Shown here: positions 37,284-46,588 of the stretch, one piece after another
Layout: each line of letters starts with the position of its first letter
How positions within the stretch are numbered: the first letter of the stretch is position 1
Source: an uncultured Verrucomicrobiae bacterium
Lineage (GTDB): Bacteria > Verrucomicrobiota > Verrucomicrobiia > Limisphaerales > UBA11358
Direction: 5' to 3'
NCBI GenBank assembly: GCA_963780535.1
Contig: CAWACS010000043.1
Span: forward strand, 17,613 to 81,612
Length of the DNA: 64,000 nucleotides
Notes under the pieces: model-generated
The model's database searches: none
Told to the model about the DNA's origin: nothing
Seen by the model: only the letters and a program-made list of their open reading frames with translations
Program-made: the position numbers and the translations under genes

Positions 37284-37440
37284 TCTCGCGACGACTCGAA
37301 CCCCGGCGGAATCGAACCCGCGGCTGCGAGTTGGAATGTAAACAGCTTGATACAACTTGTTCCGAACAGCAAGGGAGGCAGCGCAAGGTCGCAGTTATTC
37401 GGGGCCAAAAACAATCCGCCAAATCAACATGGTTTGCGGT

Positions 37441-37830
37441 TCAGTCCATGGCTGAACCGGGGATGGGATCGCTGTTGAGCGGGTTGGCGGCGGTCCGGTA
37501 TCTTAGACGGCGGCTTTGAATTTCTCCCAATTCGCCCCGGCCTCGGAGTGGAGACGAATCTCGTTTAATCCGCCACCCCCGTTGGCGGGGGTGATGACGC
37601 GGGCACAAATCAGTATCCCAAACGACTTCGGGGAAGATTTCCCGCTCCTCACTCTTCAGACGACACGCAATAACGTGGATCGGCTTCAGCCCTTCCTTTG
37701 CTTCAAGAACGAAAGCCACGCATTGTTCCAGGCCTTTGACACTGGAAAGATTGCCGTTGCCGGGACACGCTTCCCTGCCGAACAGGAGGTCGGCGGTGAC
37801 TTTCAAGATTTTATCCTTCGGTGCGTTCAT
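37441..37830 (-). CDS. hypothetical protein (only the first 75 aa or so look protein-like)
   Basis: The ATG overlaps the stop of a 31-codon upstream ORF (ATGA at 37830). The C-terminal third runs through a CACCCCCG-TTGG-CGGGGGTG hairpin region. No family recognised. Confidence 0.3.
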   Translation of the reverse strand: MNAPKDKILKVTADLLFGREACPGNGNLSSVKGLEQCVAFVLEAKEGLKPIHVIACRLKSEEREIFPEVVWDTDLCPRHHPRQRGWRIKRDSSPLRGRGELGEIQSRRLRYRTAANPLNSDPIPGSAMD

Positions 37831-37938
37831 GACTCATCCCAGGAATCCTTGCGCCGCAAGTCTGCCTTGTGCCACAGCTGCAAAAGCATGGACATGGTGT
37901 GGTGAACGATCCACGTTTTCATAAACGCGGGGACGGCA

Positions 37939-38841
37939 TCACGACACCACCCAGTTCAATGCCGCCTTTTGCACGTGCAACCGGTTTTCGGCCTGCGTGA
38001 ATATCGTGTCGGCGTGGGCCTCAAACGTTTCCTCGTCGATTTCCTTGCCGCGATACGCCGGCAGGCAGTGCATCACCAGCGCGTCCGGCCTGGCCAGCCG
38101 GAGCAGCTTCTGGTTGATCTGGTAGCCGCCCAGGATTTTCAGGCGCTCGGCGGACTCGGCTTCCTTGCCCATCGAAACCCACACGTCGGTGTACAGCAGG
38201 TCCGCGCCCTTCGCGGCCGCCGGCAAATCGTCGGTGCAAATGATGTTTCCGCCCGCGCGCTTCACCAGGGCCGCCGGCGGCTGGAATTTTTTGGGCGCGG
38301 CGATGCGCAATTCAAAGCCGAGTTTTCCCGCCGCAAACATCCAGGACCGCGGCACGTTGCACGCGCCGTCGCCCACAAACGTCACCACCTTGCCCGCAAT
38401 CGGCCCGCGCGCCTCCCGGAACGTCATGATGTCCGCCAGAATCTGGCAGGGATGCTCGTCGTCCGTCAGCGCATTGATGGTCGGGATGCCGGAAAATTCG
38501 GCGAACTCCTCGACGTCGCCCTGCGCAAACGTGCGGATGACCGCGCCGTCAATCAGCCGGCCGAGGACCCGCGCGGTGTCCTTGACGGGTTCGCCCCGGC
38601 CCAGTTGAATCTCGCTCGCATTGAGGAACATCGTCTGGCCGCCCAGCTCGCGAATGCCGACCTCAAACGAAACCCGCGTGCGCGTGGACGACTTGGAAAA
38701 CATCAGCGCCCAGATCTGCCCGGCCAGCGGCAGCCGGTCGCGCCGCGCCCGCTCGCGTTTGTACGTGACCGCGTCGCGCAGGATTCTCTCCAGGTCCGCG
38801 CCCGGCAATTTCTCCAATGACAGCAGATGTTTCGTTTTCAA
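37939..38841 (-). CDS. argF: ornithine carbamoyltransferase
   Basis: STRTRVSFE, HPCQILAD and HCLPA motifs. TTG start at 38841 gives MKTKHLLSLEKL and a typical length of about 300 aa. Confidence 0.85.
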   Translation of the reverse strand: MKTKHLLSLEKLPGADLERILRDAVTYKRERARRDRLPLAGQIWALMFSKSSTRTRVSFEVGIRELGGQTMFLNASEIQLGRGEPVKDTARVLGRLIDGAVIRTFAQGDVEEFAEFSGIPTINALTDDEHPCQILADIMTFREARGPIAGKVVTFVGDGACNVPRSWMFAAGKLGFELRIAAPKKFQPPAALVKRAGGNIICTDDLPAAAKGADLLYTDVWVSMGKEAESAERLKILGGYQINQKLLRLARPDALVMHCLPAYRGKEIDEETFEAHADTIFTQAENRLHVQKAALNWVVS

Positions 38842-38894
38842 AAGTTTTGGAATTTTCGCCCAAAGGAACTTATTAACGCAAGTCCGGCGCGCCG

Positions 38895-39518
38895 TCACTT
38901 CTTTTTCTTCGCCGCGTTGGCCGCCTGCCAGAGATACCACGCGGCGGTGGTGCGATGCGGACGCCAGCGTTCACCGAAGGCGAGCAATTCCTTTGCCCGG
39001 GGCAGATCGCGCTTCCGGTAGGCATGACGGAAACCGGTGCGCACGCCGAAATCGTCCGCCGGCAACACGTCCGGCCGGGCCAGTTGAAAAATCAGCAGCA
39101 TCTCCACCGTCCACCGCCCCACCCCGCGAACTTCCGTGAGCCGCGCAATGATTTCGTCGTCGGACAGTTTCGCGATCTGCCGCGACGTTGGGACGACGCC
39201 GGACAGCGTCTTGGCCGTGATGTCGCGGATGGATTTGATTTTGGCGAAGGAGAACCCGCAGGCGCGGATTTGCGCGTCGGTGACGCCGGCCAGGTCTTCC
39301 GGGCGCGGAAACCGGCGTCCGGGAAACAATTGGATGAACCGCCGCAAAATGGTGCCGGCGGCGGTGCCGTTGAGCTGCTGGTGCGCCACCGCCTGCACCA
39401 GCGATTGAAACGGTGAGCGGCGCGTTTCCGGCGTGAGCGCGCATTTTCCGTGCTCACGAATGAGCCGGCGCATCACCGGATCGCTGGCGGACAGATGTTT
39501 GTGGGCGGCGGGAGTCAT
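38895..39518 (-). CDS. DNA-3-methyladenine glycosylase II family (HhH-GPD)
   Basis: HhH-GPD region LTEVRGVGRWTVEMLLIFQL and catalytic-Asp region LPADDFGVR. Confidence 0.75.
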   Translation of the reverse strand: MTPAAHKHLSASDPVMRRLIREHGKCALTPETRRSPFQSLVQAVAHQQLNGTAAGTILRRFIQLFPGRRFPRPEDLAGVTDAQIRACGFSFAKIKSIRDITAKTLSGVVPTSRQIAKLSDDEIIARLTEVRGVGRWTVEMLLIFQLARPDVLPADDFGVRTGFRHAYRKRDLPRAKELLAFGERWRPHRTTAAWYLWQAANAAKKKK

Positions 39519-39548
39519 GGCTTTGCTAACAGTGGCGTCGCAAACCTA

Positions 39549-40286
39549 TCATGAAGTTAGCGTTTGTTGCCACCATACCGAAAGCATTGCATAATATGCC
39601 GCGCTTGCCCACTCTCCTTTGACGCGCCACTGCTCGAGGAACTCTCCTTCTAATTTCATGCCTGCCTTCTCAACCATTCGACGACCAGCGAGGTCTCGAA
39701 CATCTATTCTGACCCGAATGTCATGCAGAGCGATGCCGTTAAACCCAAAATCGAGGAGGCCACGAACCGCTTCAGTTCCATATCCTCGCCGTCGGTAACC
39801 AGGATGTATCATTATATGGAATGATCCCTGCCGATGCTCTTCTGGGTCATTTAAATCAAACGTCAGATTGCCTATAACCTTCACATTTTCTTTGAGTTCG
39901 ATTCCTAAAGCCAAGCGCCCATTAGGAGACGCGAGCCGAAGGGTCTTACATTTCTCCAACCAAATCCTGGTTTCTTCATCGTCCGGCGGGTAGTTAGTGA
40001 GATATTTATAGGAATCGTGATCTGTCACAAATTCAAGCCAGTCGGGCAGATCTTCCGTCCGCAATGGTCTTATGTTTAATCTCGGCGTTTTAATTGGAAG
40101 CGGAAGTTCTCTACCTTTTTCCGAGCCAGCCGGCGGGACTACTACTGTTTCGGAACAGTGCGGACATTCCTGCGCCGTGCCGAGGCGTGTTTCGGGAAAC
40201 GAAAGCGCCGCACCGCAATATGGACACCGAAAATCTATCAATTCATCGTCTGGCCGCTCAATGCTCATGACAATTCCAGCTTTCAA
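39549..40286 (-). CDS. GNAT (RimJ/RimL-type) N-acetyltransferase with N-terminal zinc ribbon
   Basis: CPYCGAALSFP...CPHCSETVVVP, then LRPLRTEDLPDWLEF...GYRRRGYGTEA (acetyl-CoA motif A). The ATG overlaps the argD stop (ATGA). Visibly lower GC than its neighbours. Confidence 0.75.
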   Translation of the reverse strand: MKAGIVMSIERPDDELIDFRCPYCGAALSFPETRLGTAQECPHCSETVVVPPAGSEKGRELPLPIKTPRLNIRPLRTEDLPDWLEFVTDHDSYKYLTNYPPDDEETRIWLEKCKTLRLASPNGRLALGIELKENVKVIGNLTFDLNDPEEHRQGSFHIMIHPGYRRRGYGTEAVRGLLDFGFNGIALHDIRVRIDVRDLAGRRMVEKAGMKLEGEFLEQWRVKGEWASAAYYAMLSVWWQQTLTS

Positions 40287-41593
40287 ACCAGCGATTTGAC
40301 GACTTCCTCGATTTTGCCGATGCCTTCACCGGCTTCCTGCGGCTTGAGGTTCAACGGCGGCAGCAGCCGCACGATTTGCGTTCCCGCTGGTATCGTCAGC
40401 ACGCCGGCCGAGTGCAGCCGGTTGACCAACTGGACCGCCGCCGTCTGGTCGCCCGAGGCGAACGCCGGAATTTTCTCCTTCTCCACCAGTTCCAGGCCGA
40501 GCATGAAACCAAATCCCCGCGCGCCCTTGAGCACCCGCGGATAACGGGCGACCAGCTGTTCCAGCCCGTGCTTCATCCAGTCGCCGAGTTGGCGCGCGTT
40601 TTCATCCAGCCGCTCGCGTTCGATGACCTCCAGGACTTTGAGCGCCACGGCGCAGGCCAGCGGCGTGCCGCCAAACGTCGTCGCGTGCGTGCCCGGCCCG
40701 AGCAGATCCGCATACGGCGCCCGCACCCAGAACGCGCCGATGGGAAATCCGCCGCCCAACGATTTGGCCATCGAAATGCCGTCGGGCCGGAAATCGGAGT
40801 CCGGAGTTCGAAGTCCGGAGTCCGGAGTTGCCGCTTCGAGAATCCTTTGGAAGCTCTGGAATCGGCCCGTCCGATAATGTCCGCACTGCACGCCATCAAG
40901 GAACAGCAGCAGCTTTTTCTCGTCGCACAACGCGCGCAGGCCCAGGAGGTATTCCGGCGTGGCAGGCGTGACGCCGCCCTCGCCCTGCACACCTTCAATG
41001 AGAATGGCGACCGTCGCGGGCGAAATCGCCGCGCGCACCGCCGCCAGATCGTTGAACGGCACGTGCCGGAAACCCGGCGTCATCGGTTCAAACCCCTTTT
41101 TAACCTTGTCCTGGCCGGTCGCCGCGATGGCGGCCAGCGTGCGCCCATGAAACGAGTTCGTCGCGGTCAGGATTTCAAACCGGCCCTCGGCGTGACCGAA
41201 TTTCCGGGCCAGTTTGAACAACCCTTCGTTGGCCTCCGCGCCGCTGTTGGCGAAGAAGCATTTGCCCGGGCCGATGCGTCGGACCAGTTCGGCGGCCAGC
41301 CGGCCCTGCGGCTCGGTGAAATACAGGTTCGAGACGTGAATCAGCTTGCGCGATTGCTCGACGAGCGCCTCGGTGATGGCCGGATGCGCGTGGCCGAGGC
41401 AGCACACAGCGATGCCGCCGCCCAGGTCGAGATAACGTTTGCCCGCAACGTCAAAAACGTAACTGCCCGCGCCGTGGCTGAGCACGAGGTCAAAACGCCC
41501 GTAGCTCGGCACGACGTTCTGGTTGAACAATTGCCGCACCGACTCGTGCTGGTTGTGCACGAGCGGCGGCGGTGAGGGAACGATTTCTTTCAT
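40283..41593 (-). CDS. argD: acetylornithine aminotransferase
   Basis: Class-III aminotransferase motifs (GGGIAVCCLGHAHP, LLFLDGVQCGHYRTG, AKSLGGGFPIGA). Start moved to ATG 41593, because the upstream ATG 41629 lies inside a repeat element. Confidence 0.85.
   Translation of the reverse strand: MKEIVPSPPPLVHNQHESVRQLFNQNVVPSYGRFDLVLSHGAGSYVFDVAGKRYLDLGGGIAVCCLGHAHPAITEALVEQSRKLIHVSNLYFTEPQGRLAAELVRRIGPGKCFFANSGAEANEGLFKLARKFGHAEGRFEILTATNSFHGRTLAAIAATGQDKVKKGFEPMTPGFRHVPFNDLAAVRAAISPATVAILIEGVQGEGGVTPATPEYLLGLRALCDEKKLLLFLDGVQCGHYRTGRFQSFQRILEAATPDSGLRTPDSDFRPDGISMAKSLGGGFPIGAFWVRAPYADLLGPGTHATTFGGTPLACAVALKVLEVIERERLDENARQLGDWMKHGLEQLVARYPRVLKGARGFGFMLGLELVEKEKIPAFASGDQTAAVQLVNRLHSAGVLTIPAGTQIVRLLPPLNLKPQEAGEGIGKIEEVVKSLV
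40807..40841. repeat. 7-nt array (GGAGTYC)x5 inside argD
   Basis: GGAGTCC GGAGTTC GAAGTCC GGAGTCC GGAGTTG. On the mRNA strand it is translated as TPDSGLRTPDSD. Confidence 0.8.
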
Positions 41594-41617
41594 TTCCGGT
41601 TCAGGCTTTGCATTTTT

Positions 41618-41690
41618 GTTGGAGTTCACGCTTCAGCGTGTTGGCTCGGAAAGAGCGCGACTCCCGACAAGCTAAAGCTTGAACGCCAAC
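41618..41690. repeat. TGGAGTTCA-type palindromic element at the argD 5' end
   Basis: GTTGGAGTTCACGCTTCAGCGTG...CAAGCTAAAGCTTGAACGCCAAC. Confidence 0.7.
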
Positions 41691-41732
41691 CCGCAAACGT
41701 CAATCGTAATTCACAAATCCCAAATCGCAATT

Positions 41733-42299
41733 TTACTTTTCGTTCTGGAGGGCGTCCCAGGTTTCGAGGTAGTACGCACGCACGGCGGAATTCACGGCGA
41801 GATCGCGCGGCAAATTACGGTATTTGATCAATTCAATGACATCCGTTTTATCCTTGTGCCGGCGCACGGGCGAACCAACCCAACTGTCGAGCTTGAGCGA
41901 AATCAAATCCTCCAGCGTCACCATCTGGATCTGTTCGGTGACCTTGCCGGGTTGCGGGAACGGCACCTTGCAACCGCGCCGCAACACTCTCCCGGCCGGC
42001 AGCAAATCAATCATCACGCCGTTGCGCCGGTCCTCCACGCGATCGTCAACGCCGGGCACGCGATAAAACGGCCCGGTCAGGCTGGCCGTAAGAAATTCCA
42101 CCGCCTCCAGCACATCCGGCACGACGATGTCCACATCAATCGTCACCCGCGGATAGCCGTGTTCCTGCACCGCCAATCCGCCCACGACCAGATGCGGAAT
42201 CTCATGGTCCGCCAGCACGGACACCGCCGTCCGGGCGGTCTCCACAATGCCGGAGGTCCCGGTGTTCTCGCGCAAAATGTAAGCATCTCGATTCGTCAC
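41733..42299 (-). CDS. nucleotidyltransferase-fold protein (MNT/AbiEii-like)
   Basis: GGLAVQEHGYPRVTIDVDIVV matches the G-x-...-D-x-D minimal nucleotidyltransferase signature. No partner gene is visible. Confidence 0.5.
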   Translation of the reverse strand: MTNRDAYILRENTGTSGIVETARTAVSVLADHEIPHLVVGGLAVQEHGYPRVTIDVDIVVPDVLEAVEFLTASLTGPFYRVPGVDDRVEDRRNGVMIDLLPAGRVLRRGCKVPFPQPGKVTEQIQMVTLEDLISLKLDSWVGSPVRRHKDKTDVIELIKYRNLPRDLAVNSAVRAYYLETWDALQNEK

Positions 42300-42534
42300 G
42301 TTGACAAAGTCTCACAGAAGGCGGTTTGCTTCAAACCATTCGGAGGTGTCTTAATTTGAAATGGTTCATTGTTTCTTTCGGAAAAAGGCAATGTAAATAA
42401 CAGCGCAAATTATTCCTAAATAGAATATGATTAACCCGAGTCTTGTCATTGGGGTGGCATCTTGGACCTGCCATGTCGTAATGTTCGTCATTTTCTGGCC
42501 TTTTGATTTTGTACGCGGCTTCAACAATCCGAAA

Positions 42535-43416
42535 TTACAAAACGATTTCCGTGCCGACGCCTTCGTCGGTGAAAATTTCCAGCAGCACGGCGTGCGGCAC
42601 CCGGCCGTCCACGAAGGAAACCTTTTCCACGCCGGACCGGATGGCGGCCACGGCGCTGTCCACCTTCGGGATCATGCCCCGGTCAATGATGCCCTGCTTT
42701 TTGAGTTCGCCGACCTCGCCGGTTTTGAGGTGCGGCACGACCGAATCCGGCCGTTTCGGATCGCTCAGCAGGCCCGGCACGTCGCTCATGAACACGAGCC
42801 GCTGGGCCTTGAGGGCGATGGCCAGTTGCGCCGCGGCGATGTCCGCGTTGCAATTGTAAATCTTCCCGTCCTCGCCGCGCGCCGTCGGGCTGATGACCGG
42901 CGTGAAACCGCACCAGATGGACTCCTTCAACGGCGCGGTGTTCACCTCCACGACTTCGCCGACGTAGCCAACGTCAATTTTCCCGCCCGGGTTATCCTTG
43001 TCATCCAACCAGAGCTTGCGGCATTTGAAAATGTCCCGGCCGGCAAAGCCGACCGGTTTGCCTCCCAGCTCCTTGATGGTCTTGACGATCTCCGGGTTGA
43101 TTTCGCCGGACAAGACGTCATCCACGATCTTCGCCGTCGCCTCGTCGGTGACGCGCTGGCCCTGGATGAACTCCGTCTGCAGCCCGGCCTTTTCCATCGC
43201 GCGGGTGATGGCCTTGCCGCCGCCGTGCACCACCACGGGATTGATTTCAACAGCCTCAAGAAAAACAACGTCCCGCGCGACGCTGTTACGGACGTTGGCG
43301 TCGGGCGAATCCATGAAACTGCCGCCGTATTTGACGACGAAAGTGGCGCCGCTGAACCTCAGGATATACGGCAGCGCTTCCAGCAGCGTCTCGGCTTTGG
43401 CGATGAGGTCTTGCAC
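42535..43416 (-). CDS. argB: acetylglutamate kinase
   Basis: FVVKYGGSFM, PVVVHGGG and NCNADIAAAQLA motifs. Confidence 0.9.
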   Translation of the reverse strand: MQDLIAKAETLLEALPYILRFSGATFVVKYGGSFMDSPDANVRNSVARDVVFLEAVEINPVVVHGGGKAITRAMEKAGLQTEFIQGQRVTDEATAKIVDDVLSGEINPEIVKTIKELGGKPVGFAGRDIFKCRKLWLDDKDNPGGKIDVGYVGEVVEVNTAPLKESIWCGFTPVISPTARGEDGKIYNCNADIAAAQLAIALKAQRLVFMSDVPGLLSDPKRPDSVVPHLKTGEVGELKKQGIIDRGMIPKVDSAVAAIRSGVEKVSFVDGRVPHAVLLEIFTDEGVGTEIVL

Positions 43417-43515
43417 GGGCTTATTCCTAGCAGGAAGCCGGGCGAAGGAAAGCGCGTTTCGTCATCCCGATTTCACTTTCACCGGGGCGGAGATTTTCAT
43501 AGATTCCCTGCCGCC

Positions 43516-43920
43516 ATGCCTGAAATTGCCAAGTTTGTGAACAGCGCCGCCGGCACGATCACCCCGGCGATTGCCGAAAAGGTTTTGCGGCAATTGCCGC
43601 AGTGGAAGCTCGAATTCACCCAGATCAACGCGCCGAAGTTTCCGCATCTGGTGGACCAGCTGGAATTTCTGGCCAATGCCGCCGAGGACGCGATTGAAGG
43701 CGCTTACAAGGAATTGCCGTATCAGACCATCGCCCAATCGGTGTTTGCGTTGCTGTACACACACAAAAAAATGGGCATCATCCCGGACAGCATTCTGGAG
43801 CTGGGCCGAGCGGACGATTCGAGTGTGGTGCGCAGCGTGCTGATTCAGAACGAAAAGGTGTTTGAGAAATACGCCGGGTTGCAGGGCGTCAACTGGCAGA
43901 AAATCACCAGTCAGCCCTAA
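43516..43920 (+). CDS. hypothetical protein (134 aa)
   Basis: Only the last 134 codons of the 497-aa track ORF lie outside the argB antisense region. ATG at 43516 gives MPEIAKFVNS.... No family recognised. Confidence 0.5.
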   Translation: MPEIAKFVNSAAGTITPAIAEKVLRQLPQWKLEFTQINAPKFPHLVDQLEFLANAAEDAIEGAYKELPYQTIAQSVFALLYTHKKMGIIPDSILELGRADDSSVVRSVLIQNEKVFEKYAGLQGVNWQKITSQP

Positions 43921-44014
43921 GGCAAGGGGTCGCTTTGCGATTTGCGGGCTGGTCCCGACGGCGGCCGGTCCGAGCACGGCCAGCTTGAACGCCATATTCC
44001 CTCCCACCCTGTCT

Positions 44015-44103
44015 TGGGTACTGGCACATTTGGTGGGGCGAGGCTACTGACGAGCCGGCTCGCGAGTACGCTCGCCCCACCGAAAGCTGCAAAACGTACC
44101 CCC
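44015..44103. repeat. REP-A palindromic intergenic element (short form)
   Basis: GGGTACTGGCACATTTGGTGGGGCGAGGCTACTGACGAGCCGGCTCGCGAGTACGCTCGCCCCACCGAAAGCTGCAAAACGTACCC. Confidence 0.8.
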
Positions 44104-44145
44104 ACCCTGTCTTGACTGTGTTCGCCGAAAAAATACGATTCCGGG

Positions 44146-46423
44146 ATGCACCTTAAACAAACTCAAGTGGGGGTGTGGCTGGCGGTCTTGCTGGCCGGGT
44201 TGATGCCCCGGCCAGCGTTCTGCCAGGCAACCAACGTGCCGTCGCAACCGTATGTGTGGAAGAATGTGAAAGTCGTCGCCGGCGGTTTTGTTCCCGGCAT
44301 CATCTTCAACCTCAAGCAGCCGGGTCTGGCCTATTGTCGCACCGACATCGGCAGTTCCTACAAATGGGACAACGCGGCCGGACGATGGCTTCCGCTGACC
44401 GATTGGAGCCCGGATTCCAATCTGCAAGGCACCGAAAGTCTCGCGACCGATCCGGTGGATCCCAACCGGTTGTATCTTGCCCAAGGCATGTATTCGCGCG
44501 ACCCGGCGGCCATCTTCCGTTCCATGGATCAGGGCAAAACGTTTCAAGTGATTGATGTGCCCTTTCGCATGGGCGGCAACGAAAATGGCCGCGGCGTGGG
44601 TGAACGCCTGGCCATTGACCCCAATGATGACAACCTCCTTTACTTCGGCTCGCGATACGATGGTCTGTGGCTGAGCCAGGATACCGCGTTGACCTGGCAC
44701 AAGGTCGGGAATTTTCCCGTCAAAGGCAGCGGTGTTCCGGACCCAAAAGACGGTTTCCCCCGGGGTAAACACGGTGCGGGCCTGAGCTTCGTCGTTTTCG
44801 ACCCCGCCACAGGCACACCGGGCAAACCCACGGGGACCACTTACGTCGGCTCCACCGACCCCGGCGATGCCCAGCTCTATTGGAGCACCAATGCCGGCGC
44901 GACCTGGGGACCGGTGCCGGGACAACCAACGAATTTCGTGCCCGTTCATGCCGCCTTCGACACCCAGGGCCTGCTTTATCTGGTCTATGACAACGGCGTC
45001 GGGCCGTATGGCGTCACCGATGGCGCGGTTTGGAAATTCAACCCCCGGAACAACGCCTGGACCAACATTACTCCGGTCACCGACCCCAACCGCCCGCCGG
45101 GAGGTTATGGCGGCCTGGGGGTTGACCGCCTGAATCCCGGCACGCTCGTCGTGGCGTCGCTGAACCGCAAGACAAAGGATGATGACGACCGCATCTACCG
45201 CACGACCGACGGCGGTGCGACCTGGAAGGACATCACCGCCGGAACCCAGCGCGATCCGGCGGCGTCGCCATATCTGATCTGGGGCAAACCCGCGCCGACG
45301 CCTGGCTGGTGGATCGCCACGCTGGCCATCGACCCGTTTGATTCAAACCATGTCTGCTACGCCACCGGCGCGACCATCTGGAACACCGACGACATCCACG
45401 ACGCGGACCTGGACCAGGACACGCACTGGTCGGTCTGGGCGAATGGCCTCGAGGAAACGGCCGTGATTGGCCTCGCCAGCCCGCCCGCGGGCGCGCACCT
45501 CGTCAGTGCCTTCGGCGATATCGGCGGTTTTGTGCACGACGACCTGGGCGTCTCGCCGGCGGGCGGGATGTTCCTGCATCCGCTGTTCACCACCACCTAC
45601 TCGCTCGATTTTGCGGAAAAGGAACCCAACATTTTTGTCCGAAGCGGCTCGCCGGCATTGCACATTCCCGACCGCGCCACCCTGGCGTATTCACTTGATG
45701 GCGGACACACTTGGAACCCCTTTTCGTCCGGCGAAGCAAACCCCGGCGGCCAACGAGGCGGCGAGGAGGGTCCGCAAGGTGGCGGCGTCGGCTCCGGCGC
45801 ACTGATTCTCTCGGCGGACGGTTCGGTGTTCATGAGCACCGTGGATACCGTGCAGATTTCCACCAATCGCGGCGGGACCTGGACGCCCGTGGAAGGACTT
45901 CCACCGGGCGTCCGGCCGGTCGCTGATCGCTCCAACCCGGAGAAGTTCTATGGCTTGGACCTCGCCGCCCGGAAAATTTACCGGAGCACCGACGGCGGGG
46001 CCACGTTCACCACCAACGACGTCACTGGTTTGACCGGGACCAACGGTGGGGAGCTGCGGTTGCTGGCCGTGCCTGACCGGGAAGGCGACCTGTGGTTGTA
46101 TGGCCGCGGCCAGTTGTATCACTCCCTTGACGGCGGGAAACGCTTCGAGCCGGTGACCAACCCACCCCACATCCGTGCGCTGGGCTTTGGCAAGGCGGCC
46201 AGGGCACTGGGGTTATCCGGCGCTTTACATCGCCGGCGCGGTCAATGGCCGGGATGGCCTCTTCCGTTCTGACAACCTGGGCGTCACCTGGGTACGCATC
46301 AACGACGACCAGCATCAATGGGGCAACCGCTTCCGCTGCATTGCCGGCGACCCGCGCATTTACGGCCGGGTCTATGTTGGCACCGATGGCCGTGGCATCC
46401 TGTTTGGCGACATTGCCAGATGA
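44146..46423 (+). pseudogene. GH74-like BNR/Asp-box repeat glycosidase, reading frame broken near 46195-46205
   Basis: Signal peptide. YVWKNVKVVAGGFVPGIIF...YCRTDIGSSYKWD plus many Asp-boxes (TDGGATW, LDGGHTW, TNRGGTW). The conserved C-terminus GYPALYIAGAVNG...WVRINDDQHQWG...GRVYVGTDGRGILFG continues in the +1 frame (track ORF 46175..46423). This is either a true frameshift or a sequencing error. Confidence 0.6.
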
Positions 46424-46588
46424 GTTTCCAGACAACTGGTGCTGATGAATTCTTGACTGGCGCTCGCCCCCGGCATGCCAACGTGGTTTGCGCGGATTAA
46501 GCTGCCTGAGGCGGTGGTTTTGAACCTGCCGGAAGGCAGATCGCTCGTCTCCCCTGCAAATAATTGTGCCGGCCCGGAACCAGTCCGT

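Noticed and set aside
37291-37325. GGTTCGATTCC / GGTTCGAGTC T-loop-like motifs (minus strand), considered as a tRNA gene. Also at 59603-59625.
   Set aside because: The T-stems do not pair (at most 3 of 5 bp), and I could not build acceptor, D or anticodon arms. At most these are tRNA-derived fragments.
42419-42491. Apparent small membrane-protein ORF (MTNITTWQVQDATPMTRLGLIIFY...) on the minus strand upstream of the nucleotidyltransferase gene.
   Set aside because: Base-by-base translation hits an in-frame TAG after 24 codons. My first reading had misjoined a line break.
42427-43515. First 363 codons of the 497-aa plus-strand ORF 42427..43920.
   Set aside because: Antisense to argB, whose motifs are unambiguous. 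Only the last 134 codons (from ATG 43516) lie in unoccupied sequence.
46175-46423. 82-aa ORF considered as an independent gene.
   Set aside because: Its sequence is the conserved C-terminus of the GH74-like protein, displaced by a frameshift. It is treated as part of that gene.
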